From a virus (taxonomy: Duplodnaviria > Caudoviricetes), in the IMG/VR virus record IMGVR_UViG_3300012665_000938, positions 1 to 58,022 of that record: a DNA stretch of 58,022 nt; one strand, given 5' to 3'. Of this stretch, positions 25,701 to 34,789 are shown piece after piece. Below the pieces are notes generated by a model. The model was not told the origin of the DNA, made no database searches, and saw only the letters and a program-made list of their open reading frames with translations. The translations under genes were made by a program, and so were the position numbers. The number at the start of each line of letters is the position of its first letter. Positions within the stretch are counted from its first letter, which is position 1.

Positions 25701-28700
25701 TTGTACCTGTCGGCAACCATCTTCATGCGGACACGCTCTATGATGCTACGCCGTGCGTCATCACCAGTGATGTCCTCAAAAGTAAGACCCTTAGGTACGA
25801 AGTACTCTCCGCTTAATTGATTATAAAGAGTTGCAGATGAAGATGCCTCTGAATCAATAGCCTCCATAATGCTGTTGATGCGTGGCATATCGTATTGCTG
25901 TATCAATGCAGCAGCACGATTACGCCGTAGAGCAATCTTCTTTGCAGCCTTACTTAGGTTGTCGCTTATTGGCTCTGGGGAAAGAGGCTGTCGGCTTTCA
26001 GCCTGTGTTTTACGCTCTACAGGAATGATTGCTTCAACATCCTGCATTACCAACTGCGCTACGTACAAGTCACGATTTACAAAAGCGTGAATCATTTCAT
26101 CGTAGTAAGCAGCAACAGCCTTTGCAGCAGTAGTGGAATCAGCGTCACCCTTTACCTGACCACTGCGTACAAGCACATCCTTTAAAACAACTTCAAGTTC
26201 TTGACGATTCCTTGCCTTTGCAAGTACTTCATTGATATCGCCAACACCTTCTACAGATGCACGAATGCGAACAAGCGAGTCACCTTCAGCAACTGTTACA
26301 TCACCGGGCTGGACATTCTCAAGGTAACTTCCTTCATCTACTGCTTCAATGTCACCTTCAGCAATCATTGTCTCTTGAGTAGGAGTGAGTGTTACTCCTG
26401 CTTCAGCGAATACATCGAGTGCAACATCTGGAACGAATGAACCATCAGACACAATGTCGGCTGGTGTCATCTCACGTACTTCAAAGCCAGTTGATTCTGG
26501 TGCTACCTCTGCGGTTGAAGCCTCAGTAAATGCTTCAGGCGTAACAGGTACTACAGGTGCAGTAGTCTTACGAGCATCATATGAATCCCACTCACCACGT
26601 AATCTGCGTAGTTCATTTGTAATACTTGTTGTAGATAAACCACTGTCACGGGAAGCACCAGTAATTACGCTATTAATCCTGTCAAGGATTGGCTTAAACT
26701 TACCAGCACCAGAACTACCTGCCCTAGGAGTTGTATTGTATGTACTTAGTTCTGTGAAGAAGATATTGTCGGTATGTGGCAATTCTTCTTTAGGTATTGT
26801 CATGAAGTCTGGGTCATTAGTTTGCAGACTTCTGAGGTCACCATAGTAATTGTTTAAAAGGTCTGAACCATCCCGTAATTCCTGTTGACCATACGAATCA
26901 AGGATGTTCCTACTTGAACTCTTGTTTAACCAACCATCTGAACCAAAGCCAAAGAATGGATACCACTTACCGGGAAGAACAGCCTCACCAGTAGTTGCAT
27001 CAACCTTAGGGTTTTCACCGGAACTAAGATAGTAAAGAACATCCTGACCCTTGATATTAAGAATAGTAATAAATCGTCCACTGTGACCTACTACTTCAGG
27101 TATTCCAGTAACGCCATCAGTACGCTCAAGGTCAACAATCGCTGGTCCAGTAATCTGCGGGAACTGTTGAATAGCAACGTCTGGACTTAACTGAAGTTCA
27201 GGTCGGATGGCAACTACACCCGGATTGTCCATCGTTGTTACAGTTGATGGTGTGACCTGTGGCTCGGCTACTACAGGAGCAGGAGTTACCTCTGCCTCTG
27301 GTGTAGCAGTAGTTGGAGTTGCACCCTCCTGTGGGGTCGCTGTTGGCTCAACCTGAGCCTCAGCAGTAGCAGGGACTATAACTTCCTCATTGACCGCTTC
27401 ATCGACCTTAGCGAGAGCATCATCAATGTTCCTACGTAATCCCTCTGCTGTGTCAGGTCGCTCATTGGTTACAGGATTGACATCACGATTAATGAAGTCA
27501 ATCTGTGGAGTTACTTTTCCTTGAAGGCGATATGCAACTCTAGGGACCTGTACATCACGAACATCACCAATGGTGTTGTCAAGATACTTAGATACAGCAC
27601 CTAAGTCAGGAGACCCGTAATAACTAGTAATCTCTGCGCCACTAGTCTTGTTGAACCAACCACTCATTGGGTCGATGCCGAATACTGGATACCACTTGCC
27701 GGGTGGAACATCAGTCTTTCCACCGTATCCAGTGGATAGGTAGAACGGAATGCGAACACCGTTGATATCAGCGACTACGATTTTACGACCAGAGAAGTCT
27801 AAGATAATAGATTTACCACGAGTCTTGTTTAGCGTACGCTTTCCAGTTGCTGGGTCAATCTCATCACTAAGAGTTGCGGTCTCATAAGGAATCTTAGGAA
27901 ACTCAACTTCAACGCCATCGATGACAACGCCATCCTTGAGGCGATTCTCAATCTGCGCCTTGCTGGTAGCACGTGTCTTACGTTGCAGTGGTTGGATGTT
28001 CTGCGTATCTGGCTCAAGTGTAATCTCAGGCTTTACACTTGCAGGTGCTTCAGGATTGACAGTTCGCTTACGTCTTTGTTTTACAGTCTTAGGTGGAGCA
28101 GGTGTAACATCTGCCTCAGACTCAGCAACTACATCAGGGACAGTAGGTGTAGGCGTTGGAGCCGTAGCCTTGCGCTTACGTCCAGTCCTACGTGCAACAT
28201 TCTCTTCAGTAGTTGTAGGTGTAACTACTGGTTCAGCCTTGCGAATCTTCTGCATTGGAACAGAGGTCTTAAGGATAGAAGACTCTTGTACAATGAATGC
28301 GGGTTTGGTGGGTGCATCGGCATCAACGACCACTGGTCCGTAGGGTGAGTTGTCTACAACTACACCCATTCGGGATTGACCAGATGCATCCACGAACTCA
28401 ATCAGAGTTCCTTCATCAAAGGCATACTCTGCTTCTGCTCTAGTAGCAGCCAGCATCTCATTCGTTGCTGCCTTGATAGACGCATCAGCCTTAGCCTTGA
28501 TATTCTTAGCACTCTCACCAGCAGTGGCTAGGTCTCGCTTCTTATCAACAATCAGAGTCCTTGCACGTTCAGCACGTGATGCTTGCTCTGGTGTGAGCAA
28601 CATAGGATGATTCAAGTCCTTAGTCGTTACACGGTCAGCCGTTGCACGAATAGGACTATGGAACTCTTTATCTACAGTGTAGTTCGATGGGTCGTATGCA

Positions 28701-31090
28701 GGAATCGTACGAGTGTCGTAGATAGTTTGTGGTTGACCCATACGTTCTACGTTGACGTTAGGTACGACAATCATATCAACGCCAGACGTAGGTGATGGCA
28801 ACTGCATCACAACGTGATTCTCATCTACCTTAGAGACAATACGTCCGGGGACAAGAGTATCACCCATCCAGAACTCATTCTGGAAGTTGTTCTTCAGTTC
28901 AGGATTACTTAGGGTCTGAAGGTCAAAGTTCTTTAGGATGTCACGCTGTACGTCTGACTTTACATAACCAGTGGTATCGGATGGCTTGATACCAAACTCC
29001 TGCATTGCACTAAGTGCTTTCTTCTGATTAGCAGGGGCAAGGGTATCAACACTAACTGTGTTATACGTTGATGTTCCATCAGGTCGGATTACATTAATCT
29101 TAGCGAAACCGTCATCAGTGAAGCCAGCCAACTGCTCGAAGGAATCTCCAACTTTCTCAGCCTTTAGTGCTGCTGGTCCTTTGACGAATTCTTTTACACG
29201 TGCGAACGTACCTGCATCAGGTGCAATACGTGAAACGGCGTTGTATACATTATCTCGTAGGTCAAGGTCACTAGGACCCTTACCCATACGAATATCAAGG
29301 TAGTCACCGGGCAGGTCGTTGACAGACTTAACTGTAGAAGTAAAGCCTTCACGATTAATCTTTGCAATCCGACCACGTCCCATTGGAATGATGTTCTGTG
29401 GTAGTTCAAGACGCTCAGTTACATCAGTCCTGCCAGCGGTAGGAACATTGCCAGTAGGCATTCCCGGAGTAACCTTTGAAGGTACATTTGTAGGAGTTTT
29501 AAGTTGACCTAGTGGACCAAATGTAGGTGTTGTAGTGTCACCTATCGCACGTAATCCAGCCTCACCAATTGCATTACCAGCCTTACCAGCAACATCAAAC
29601 AACCGACCCGCTGGTCCACGTCCTTCAAAGAGTGAACCAAACAATGTCTGTGCCATTATCTGGTAGAGAGGAGTCTCTGGTCTGCCTTCAAGTTTATCTT
29701 TCTCTCGCTGTGCAATTGCTTGACGCAAGTCAGTCATGCCTTCAATACTGCGTTCTGCAATATCAGACATAAACTCTTGACCTTCAGCACTACGTGTGAA
29801 TCCACGAACACCACCACGTGCAATATCAAGATTTAACTTCTGTCCAGCCTTAGATGTAATAGCACCTTCAAGAGTCCCATCAACAAAGTTGTAGAACTTT
29901 GAGTTGGATATACGACCTGCCATTCCTGTTAGTGGAGCGGAAGGAACTATTGACTTTGGATTGATACCAGCATTAATAAGCGCACGTTCAGCACGTGCAA
30001 TATTTGCACCAGTCTTGCCAGCAGCAAGACCACCCTTTAATAAAGTCAGACTAGGAAGTGTAGGTGTTGCAACTGCAAAGTTTGCAGCCATTTGCCCACC
30101 TATTGCACCATATGGGTTTGCAGCCGTTGCTTCAGCCATCTGACGCTTACGTGCTGCGTAAACATCATCACCTAAGATAGCCTTCTTGACTGATGCCTGA
30201 CCCTTCTGAGCCAACTCTGTAGCGTAGTAAGCAGTTGGCATACCGACTGCTATAGCAGCAGCAGCAGGACCTAATCCAGCAGTGAATGGTGCAGTAGGAG
30301 CAGCAAGTGTAGCAGCAGCACCACCAGTTAAGATACCTGCGCCAGTACCTATGACAGATGGAAGTACACTCTCTTCAAGGGTCTGCCCAAAAATACCTGC
30401 TTGCTCTACACCTAAAGCAAATGGATTATCAAGTTCAGGTTGCTTGTATGTATAAACCTTACGAGCAATCTCATCTGCTGATACACCAGCACCACGCATG
30501 ACTGCTGCTTGCATATCTTTGGATGCACCAACAAATGGAGCAGCCATTGCACCAGCAGTAAGACCCATTAATGTACCGGGCTTGAATAGTGCAGATTGAC
30601 CACGCTTCTGCTCAATGTCTCTTGCTTGCGTTTGGATAGCAGGAGCAATCTGCTCCTTAAGTTTTACACGCTGAGAGATAACGTCAGATAGGTTTGACTC
30701 TGCACCTAGAGAACGACCAGTGAAGATGGGACCATTAATGTCACCACCTTCCATAAGACCGCCGGTTTTCTTTTGAAGGTCGAACGGACTAAGTTGAGTA
30801 GTCCGCTTAATCTTGACTTCTTTACCATTCTGAATGACAGGAACTTCAACTGTCTTAGTAATGGGTTGACCTTGTTGGTCAAGAACAGGAATCTTCTGAA
30901 TGGCTTGTATGCGCTGGTCTGCAACGCCACGGTATGTCTTAGCCTCAGAATCACTAAAGAAGCCTTGAGCCTTACCGTACTCAATGCCCCTGCGATAGAT
31001 ACCTAAGAGATTTGTATCTAAGAATGTGCGGTCATCTTCCGACAGTTCTTTGATTAACCTACGAAACCTATCTTTAGGGGCTTCAGCCAT
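19691..31090 (-). CDS. Giant internal virion / large polyvalent protein
   Basis: 3,799 aa, last of three ejected-type genes; Gly/Ala hydrophobic N-terminal segment, HEISH zincin motif, duplicated domain, ART-like motifs. Confidence 0.8.
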   Translation of the reverse strand: MAEAPKDRFRRLIKELSEDDRTFLDTNLLGIYRRGIEYGKAQGFFSDSEAKTYRGVADQRIQAIQKIPVLDQQGQPITKTVEVPVIQNGKEVKIKRTTQLSPFDLQKKTGGLMEGGDINGPIFTGRSLGAESNLSDVISQRVKLKEQIAPAIQTQARDIEQKRGQSALFKPGTLMGLTAGAMAAPFVGASKDMQAAVMRGAGVSADEIARKVYTYKQPELDNPFALGVEQAGIFGQTLEESVLPSVIGTGAGILTGGAAATLAAPTAPFTAGLGPAAAAIAVGMPTAYYATELAQKGQASVKKAILGDDVYAARKRQMAEATAANPYGAIGGQMAANFAVATPTLPSLTLLKGGLAAGKTGANIARAERALINAGINPKSIVPSAPLTGMAGRISNSKFYNFVDGTLEGAITSKAGQKLNLDIARGGVRGFTRSAEGQEFMSDIAERSIEGMTDLRQAIAQREKDKLEGRPETPLYQIMAQTLFGSLFEGRGPAGRLFDVAGKAGNAIGEAGLRAIGDTTTPTFGPLGQLKTPTNVPSKVTPGMPTGNVPTAGRTDVTERLELPQNIIPMGRGRIAKINREGFTSTVKSVNDLPGDYLDIRMGKGPSDLDLRDNVYNAVSRIAPDAGTFARVKEFVKGPAALKAEKVGDSFEQLAGFTDDGFAKINVIRPDGTSTYNTVSVDTLAPANQKKALSAMQEFGIKPSDTTGYVKSDVQRDILKNFDLQTLSNPELKNNFQNEFWMGDTLVPGRIVSKVDENHVVMQLPSPTSGVDMIVVPNVNVERMGQPQTIYDTRTIPAYDPSNYTVDKEFHSPIRATADRVTTKDLNHPMLLTPEQASRAERARTLIVDKKRDLATAGESAKNIKAKADASIKAATNEMLAATRAEAEYAFDEGTLIEFVDASGQSRMGVVVDNSPYGPVVVDADAPTKPAFIVQESSILKTSVPMQKIRKAEPVVTPTTTEENVARRTGRKRKATAPTPTPTVPDVVAESEADVTPAPPKTVKQRRKRTVNPEAPASVKPEITLEPDTQNIQPLQRKTRATSKAQIENRLKDGVVIDGVEVEFPKIPYETATLSDEIDPATGKRTLNKTRGKSIILDFSGRKIVVADINGVRIPFYLSTGYGGKTDVPPGKWYPVFGIDPMSGWFNKTSGAEITSYYGSPDLGAVSKYLDNTIGDVRDVQVPRVAYRLQGKVTPQIDFINRDVNPVTNERPDTAEGLRRNIDDALAKVDEAVNEEVIVPATAEAQVEPTATPQEGATPTTATPEAEVTPAPVVAEPQVTPSTVTTMDNPGVVAIRPELQLSPDVAIQQFPQITGPAIVDLERTDGVTGIPEVVGHSGRFITILNIKGQDVLYYLSSGENPKVDATTGEAVLPGKWYPFFGFGSDGWLNKSSSRNILDSYGQQELRDGSDLLNNYYGDLRSLQTNDPDFMTIPKEELPHTDNIFFTELSTYNTTPRAGSSGAGKFKPILDRINSVITGASRDSGLSTTSITNELRRLRGEWDSYDARKTTAPVVPVTPEAFTEASTAEVAPESTGFEVREMTPADIVSDGSFVPDVALDVFAEAGVTLTPTQETMIAEGDIEAVDEGSYLENVQPGDVTVAEGDSLVRIRASVEGVGDINEVLAKARNRQELEVVLKDVLVRSGQVKGDADSTTAAKAVAAYYDEMIHAFVNRDLYVAQLVMQDVEAIIPVERKTQAESRQPLSPEPISDNLSKAAKKIALRRNRAAALIQQYDMPRINSIMEAIDSEASSSATLYNQLSGEYFVPKGLTFEDITGDDARRSIIERVRMKMVADRYKTNIPVFKVIDAGPKLDSAYDNIFEKRGGYTTIVDERTNAGQQVVFVMANNSDIGTTVHEISHAILDNMPVHMASELATRFGKTLRKPTKLNESYIPYELHEMFATAMEQSFLSGTPPISLRGAASGQARLNDIWGKISGFMQKAYAETYGFKDAAGHVNWRANRLEWSVPYDNNNVFLWDGIPVTLQIDGKLVRATVLKTKEKPKGPGLIPDSMIHEPMVTVELLDPVSSAIITTDTKNANAFGSTVVMPSEIISVGGITQGMSPKLGSMMVKWVSGYSTQTDSSTKVRTPIIGLRGTYTNTNERLMKDNPSGLLDRITDSKDGVIPFVDKIIKLDKDGMERTSTEWKGYLLGLSNRTMSAANRALNYGLITNIPNDVSHTDYNQWINIVGSLREGQFLKEYTYKDASGKTSKLNTLEWTRAGLKDLANTIQSLETYTGTLELQNRERQSNAQRGAGNTGGNVLYQSRRRGADATLRKEAAQRIAGNSNPHSITPEAFAHYATYDGVPRDVIKQFVDDRVVADAHRTFDGTADIRTLEINDVLVVDGTIDATDTLGSLKKALDFVQRNGIDNLLLHTQAGKTEPLGYSDKGYSVEPSITFTSTDAITDDVYSSIRKEYPAIRISPDRKSVTMTHLEERGKSYEGSLESFGKAIKQVADKFIEADIPVQGVQSTERLWNFGNENGRGYAINYDEARNVLNISAPNLFGVDPNPKFDVTIRQTIEGALSAVRGKTVNLPAKFDMNVAPDTLERWTEAGNQFNKLPDTFISNTDSKKVYPALIKELPKQFKFLELTVGFPDSRGASKVIIQPDTRVDPYNPLLQNSGITTIDGKPLKHSEVIDAIYQSIRANVQVVSGGEHSHNLAFAAHASITQDPMAIWGMWSETIGRSAYSTFSSKDSRKTGLPPLDAIKTGVVGVDKRIDTIYKDANNQFGHLKITDSNNSFSPATLASGRGVTLFSARKRDAQSWSQYGGLRSRDFNTHESPDVAAEKIFTNDNDWEIIPDIVNQMSNRNSALFQMFGDNRDHMVEYLMEAVLAKVNITGNRRAGVKALQELDVLDEGSRTANVTLGSYVKAYIQRLDDITDVNNKPVVNPVNGKAKLYHASNALINITDGSLVSANTISRRNGNMDDTLVHRQGENEGEGLGGTPAVVSLTYSFDYAVDIAKVASNLRNVLIDSKELDTWRSAATRRVKLALTTKDPGKSFINDRIRRMSGIDNKSVPSEYKSMVEELINDNHGLDILMMTNARMQHPDELVIDNYYDAIGEIETYMPSFRRRDPEVSTKLSATMNWLANNKAPQSVKDTTGVNPVYAIAYAQWKSKAYTREAINDRWENTKELLDAGGGLRISAVETLASVELNYEALGLPATTIFPASSGKLASLSKEELMNRSIGILEYETDASKLFEHYEPEKEVRTHAPSSLGTPTAMYNPYGKPMEAPTTNTYKTLWSARPVKPPVREVTTVDDDGTVKVVRTQDPAEVPSKVKEALKITDWVMKPYGFVNDLARNSVGGDWSAILIQNWVTANPIENPKLFAHQFMIGLKMMKPNLGYQKPDGTIINQNGMLGREEFHKLGDELRSNPFYELGVEAGLTLNTHRIDERLAELRKKDPRATIMNVDELGVDKDLSPTHQLLKHQPLQGASERTMAMTKDYIKMMKFTQGMQHYIEIGYNPKSSKFTEVAKDLAGMLNVAQGDVKFSSDKEMDDLIGSNLRNLMFAPRWLASRFMFDPILRSVYTTFSPEKGTKLLELNRLYKRYGVIDPYVRAENNRLFMKSAGMFAFIGFLLSRFNPFGEHGTEVEVKGLGSSIRVGDYVFKAPGGVMYQMEIMSTLIGGLETKPGESSEERLTRTADQLKMLIMSKASPAVSLANDMITGRNIIGEPSRETYKPLQTYWNAVTRPALLEMGIDLPAPKLSNLVADRLFYLWAQDAMDTYDSVSGRGGQYPGAEAGAVAALAFLGGRVRYSPKELKWQYKANDNDNPVPGWEYTIFGADEDEFFEEQARNVQ

Positions 31091-31096
31091 TGCTCG

Positions 31097-32716
31097 TTAC
31101 TTCCTTAGGTATTCGGCTACCGCAGTTCCTTTTTTGGATATGTCTTTGCCGGGAACCCTTAATGCATTAGCCCCAACGGGGATGGTCAGCGCACCACCTT
31201 GAAGGCTAAGTCCTGCACCAGTATAACCTGTTCCACCCTGTTGTGGCACTGCACCACCGCCACCTTGTGGAGCAACCATACCACCGCCACCACCACCGGG
31301 TACTACAATGTTGATGTTAGGTGATGGTGATTGTCCTCCACCACCCATACCTCTAGCCATCATTGCGTTTAGCATTGCTTGCTGTCCAGCAAATCCACCA
31401 GTACCACCACCATAACTTCCTGAAACGTCTATGTCACCTAAACCAACTTCACTGAGCAATCTACCTACAACCATTGGATTATCAAAGTTACCAATAGTCC
31501 CTGCCAATTGGTCACGTTGCTGTCTAAGGTCATTCAAATTTTGAACAGCAGCAGCATACTCATTTAATTTCTTTTCATCTTTGAGTTTGCCAGTTGTAAG
31601 TACGAGGTCAGCGATTGCTTTATCTGCACTAGCAAGAGCAGATGCTGCTTTAGCCTTCTCACGTGCGCCAATATTCATTAGAGTACTTGCTGCACGTACA
31701 CCTAATGCACGACCACGGTCAGCACTAGCAACATTAGTTGCATACAAACGAGCGTTGACACTTGCTTGCTGAATGCCTAAAGACGCACGTTTATAATCTC
31801 TCGTCCATTGGTCGTTTTTAACTTTTTGCCTAACCTCTGTCCATTTTTGTTCTAACCTTACTGGTACAGCATTAGCATCTACATTCAGTTTATTAGTAGT
31901 AGCCTTGATACGGTCAATTTCCCCTTGAGCCTTCTCAAGTTTCAATCCCTTTTCAGTGGTCGCAGGATAGGAAACTCTAAGCAGTTCATCAGGTTTTACG
32001 TACTGCTTCATGAACTTGTCACCTTGTTTGGTGTACTTAGTTGTCACGCCAGTAGTAATATCTGTCTGTTGTCCACCGCCTTCAGTACGTATAGACTCAG
32101 GAAGATTCTGCGGTTCAGTAATAGGCATCAAAGCACTAGTCTTACCAGTACCAGCCTTAGTACCTAAGACTTTACCTAGACTAGGAAGGAAGGTTTCAAT
32201 AATATCGTCAGGTGCGCCTAGTGCCTTAAGTTCACCTTGACCATACTTGATAACTTCAGCCTTGCGGTCATCTGGTGTCTCTTCTACCTGAGTGCGTATC
32301 TTCCTTGCTTCTTCACGAATACTCTTGAGGTCAACAGCAGCGGAAGGCAGAGTGCCAGCTTGAATCTTAGATGGTTTCAGCAGTTGAGTGATATCGCCAA
32401 AACGCTTAGTGATTTCAGCCTGAGTATCAGGGTCAGTAGCGATAGTTTTAAGATATGACTCTCTAGATGCACGACTACGCTTGTAATTTTCAAGTAACGC
32501 ATTCTTAGTCTGGTCAGTAAGACCCGGAACCATTAACTTCTCAATGGTCTGCGCTTCTTCTAGTTCATCTTCACCAGCAACTCTACGGGCTTCTTTGAAC
32601 TTATCCATAAGTTCAGCACCACGGAGTTTGCGTTCTGAAAGTTTAAATTGGTCATCTGCTCTAGCGATTCTGTCTTGAGCATTAAAACCACTAAGTAATC
32701 CGGTAAGACTTGCCAT
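31097..32716 (-). CDS. Putative internal virion (ejected) protein
   Basis: Helical, Gly-rich C-terminus; sits before the giant gene. Confidence 0.6.
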   Translation of the reverse strand: MASLTGLLSGFNAQDRIARADDQFKLSERKLRGAELMDKFKEARRVAGEDELEEAQTIEKLMVPGLTDQTKNALLENYKRSRASRESYLKTIATDPDTQAEITKRFGDITQLLKPSKIQAGTLPSAAVDLKSIREEARKIRTQVEETPDDRKAEVIKYGQGELKALGAPDDIIETFLPSLGKVLGTKAGTGKTSALMPITEPQNLPESIRTEGGGQQTDITTGVTTKYTKQGDKFMKQYVKPDELLRVSYPATTEKGLKLEKAQGEIDRIKATTNKLNVDANAVPVRLEQKWTEVRQKVKNDQWTRDYKRASLGIQQASVNARLYATNVASADRGRALGVRAASTLMNIGAREKAKAASALASADKAIADLVLTTGKLKDEKKLNEYAAAVQNLNDLRQQRDQLAGTIGNFDNPMVVGRLLSEVGLGDIDVSGSYGGGTGGFAGQQAMLNAMMARGMGGGGQSPSPNINIVVPGGGGGGMVAPQGGGGAVPQQGGTGYTGAGLSLQGGALTIPVGANALRVPGKDISKKGTAVAEYLRK

Positions 32717-32718
32717 TA

Positions 32719-34221
32719 TTAAAACCTCAGAATGTCGTTCATGCTAATGAATCCACCAGTCGGTGTAGTTGCATTAGATGCAATTTCTTCTGGTGAAAGT
32801 GCAACTCCAACACCATTAGCACCTGCACCTCTACTCATATATCTCTTTAGATAACGACCACTCATTGGGTCTTTGTAAAGAATTAATGTAGTGCCATCAC
32901 TTTGTGGTTCTTCAATCATTTGATTAAATGCTGCATCAATACGCATTCTAGTAGACATATCAGTTACTGGCTGAACAGCCCCGATTTGCTGTCCACCCAT
33001 TTGGGCTTGCATAAAATCAAATGGCTCTTGCTGTGAACGACCCTGACCAAAAGCATTGCTTCCAGCCATTATCGCTCCACCTAGTCCAGCAACTGCTGCA
33101 CCAGCCTGACCAGCAATATCCTGTTGCCTACGACCTGCTTCACCTAAACCTGCTGCAAATTTATTCGCAGCATCTAATCCAAATGCATCACCTAATGGTT
33201 GAGAGCCTTCAGCAATCTGCGCTTCAAGAGCATCATTACTTAATGGAGTTGTTTTACGACCTTGACGGGATACCATATATTGGTCATAAGCCTTCTTAAG
33301 TTCTGGCTGTGCCATACGAAGTAGACTACCAATATCTTCCATCTCACTCTGTCGATTAGCAGCAGATAGTGCATCTTGTCGCATCTTAAACTGACGAGCA
33401 GTCTCTTCTGCATTCATACCGGACTCAAGTGCCTGAGCCTGTGCTTGCTGACCTAAGAGTTGCTCTTGAAGTGCAGTCTGGTCACGCTGACCTAACATAC
33501 TGAGAGCAGTAGCAAGTTGCTGAGGTCTCTGCTGTAACTGCTGTGTAGTAATGGCGTTATTAAGAGATGCTTCCCTAGCACCGGCTGCTGCAAGATTGGC
33601 TTGTTCCATACCAGCCTGTATGCCACCACCAACACCACGTGATGCAATCTTCTGTGCAAGTCCTGCTTCAGCACCACGACCAATGGCTGTGTTACGTGCA
33701 ACGCCTTCACCGTAGATAGGCGCAAGTTGACGGCTAGATAAACCATTCGTGAGAATGTCCATTAAGTCATTCTCAGCCTTGTCTTGCATAGGAGCAATCT
33801 TTGCCCTACGTTCGGCAGCACTACGAATCTGTTCAGCAGCAGAAGATTGTTGACCCGCAAGTCCTGCTTGATATCGTCCTAGTGCAGCCATATATGGGTC
33901 AGGTGCAGTAGTCTTCTTCTTGCCAAAAATTCCATTAGATAGACTAGTAAGAGGGTTCTTAATACCCAACATTTTATTGAGGTTTACTCCACCAGTCATC
34001 TGGTTGAACATCTTAATCTGAGAGTAACCCGGAATCATTGAAGAAGCAGCCATATCGAGACCACCTTCAACTAGACCCTTAGTTCCACCGCCACCTTGAA
34101 GGAGACTGAGATATGGAGAGGCTTGTTTGTAGTACTTACCTAAGTTGCCCATAAAGCCAAATGGGTTGTAACGCTTACTTAAGTTTGGGTCACCCATACC
34201 TGCTGTGCTTGATGTTGCCAT
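32719..34221 (-). CDS. Putative internal virion / DNA pilot protein
   Basis: G/A/Q-rich helical sequence; first gene of the ejected-protein cluster. Confidence 0.6.
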   Translation of the reverse strand: MATSSTAGMGDPNLSKRYNPFGFMGNLGKYYKQASPYLSLLQGGGGTKGLVEGGLDMAASSMIPGYSQIKMFNQMTGGVNLNKMLGIKNPLTSLSNGIFGKKKTTAPDPYMAALGRYQAGLAGQQSSAAEQIRSAAERRAKIAPMQDKAENDLMDILTNGLSSRQLAPIYGEGVARNTAIGRGAEAGLAQKIASRGVGGGIQAGMEQANLAAAGAREASLNNAITTQQLQQRPQQLATALSMLGQRDQTALQEQLLGQQAQAQALESGMNAEETARQFKMRQDALSAANRQSEMEDIGSLLRMAQPELKKAYDQYMVSRQGRKTTPLSNDALEAQIAEGSQPLGDAFGLDAANKFAAGLGEAGRRQQDIAGQAGAAVAGLGGAIMAGSNAFGQGRSQQEPFDFMQAQMGGQQIGAVQPVTDMSTRMRIDAAFNQMIEEPQSDGTTLILYKDPMSGRYLKRYMSRGAGANGVGVALSPEEIASNATTPTGGFISMNDILRF

Positions 34222-34463
34222 TAGTCTGCTCCGTTACTCGTTTCTTTACACTGAGTAATCCTTTTAGTTAGTTCTTCTTGTACGTATATACGCAGTTCCA
34301 TTAACTCATTCAACTTACTTGCAAACGAAAGTAAAGTTTCATCCTGCACCTTACTTAGGATGCGCTTATACATTGCCACCCGGTCGCTGTTCCATTCGTC
34401 ACTGACAGAAAGGAACATACTTGATACTGTGCTGTCAGAGTCATTAGTGTTGCGGGTTTCCAT
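34221..34463 (-). CDS. Hypothetical protein
   Basis: TAATG coupling to the downstream gene; start uncertain because it overlaps 34355..34789. Confidence 0.45.
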   Translation of the reverse strand: METRNTNDSDSTVSSMFLSVSDEWNSDRVAMYKRILSKVQDETLLSFASKLNELMELRIYVQEELTKRITQCKETSNGAD

Positions 34464-34789
34464 AAGTTATCACCAGATTGTACTGCCAATGTGATTGCAT
34501 TAGCAGACGCATCACTTTTAAGTATAGTTATGATTCTGCCAACCGCACTATTTGAATATGGGAATGTCAGCGTAATAGCACCAGCAGTAGCGTCACATCT
34601 AAACATCGCAGGTGCATCATATGTAGTTGTACTTGCAGTAATCTGATAGACAGATGTTTCTGCTGGCACATACTTTACTCTCTCATTATATTGAGAAAAG
34701 TCACCCTCAATAGTAAGGGTGCTAGTACCCGGTAGATTAGTCGATACCGTGATTGTATCTGGCGGTATAACAGGTGCTGGTATAGGCAT
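34355..34789 (-). CDS. Putative small tail/structural protein
   Basis: CDATAGAITLTFP...GRIITILKSDASANAIT beta-rich motif common in tail proteins. Confidence 0.65.
   Translation of the reverse strand: MPIPAPVIPPDTITVSTNLPGTSTLTIEGDFSQYNERVKYVPAETSVYQITASTTTYDAPAMFRCDATAGAITLTFPYSNSAVGRIITILKSDASANAITLAVQSGDNLWKPATLMTLTAQYQVCSFLSVTNGTATGWQCISAS

Noticed and set aside
19691-31090. Giant ORF as tape measure or virion RNA polymerase
   Set aside because: No periodic tape-measure repeats or tail-tube and chaperone genes, and I saw no convincing RNA polymerase catalytic motif. A very divergent one cannot be excluded without structure prediction.
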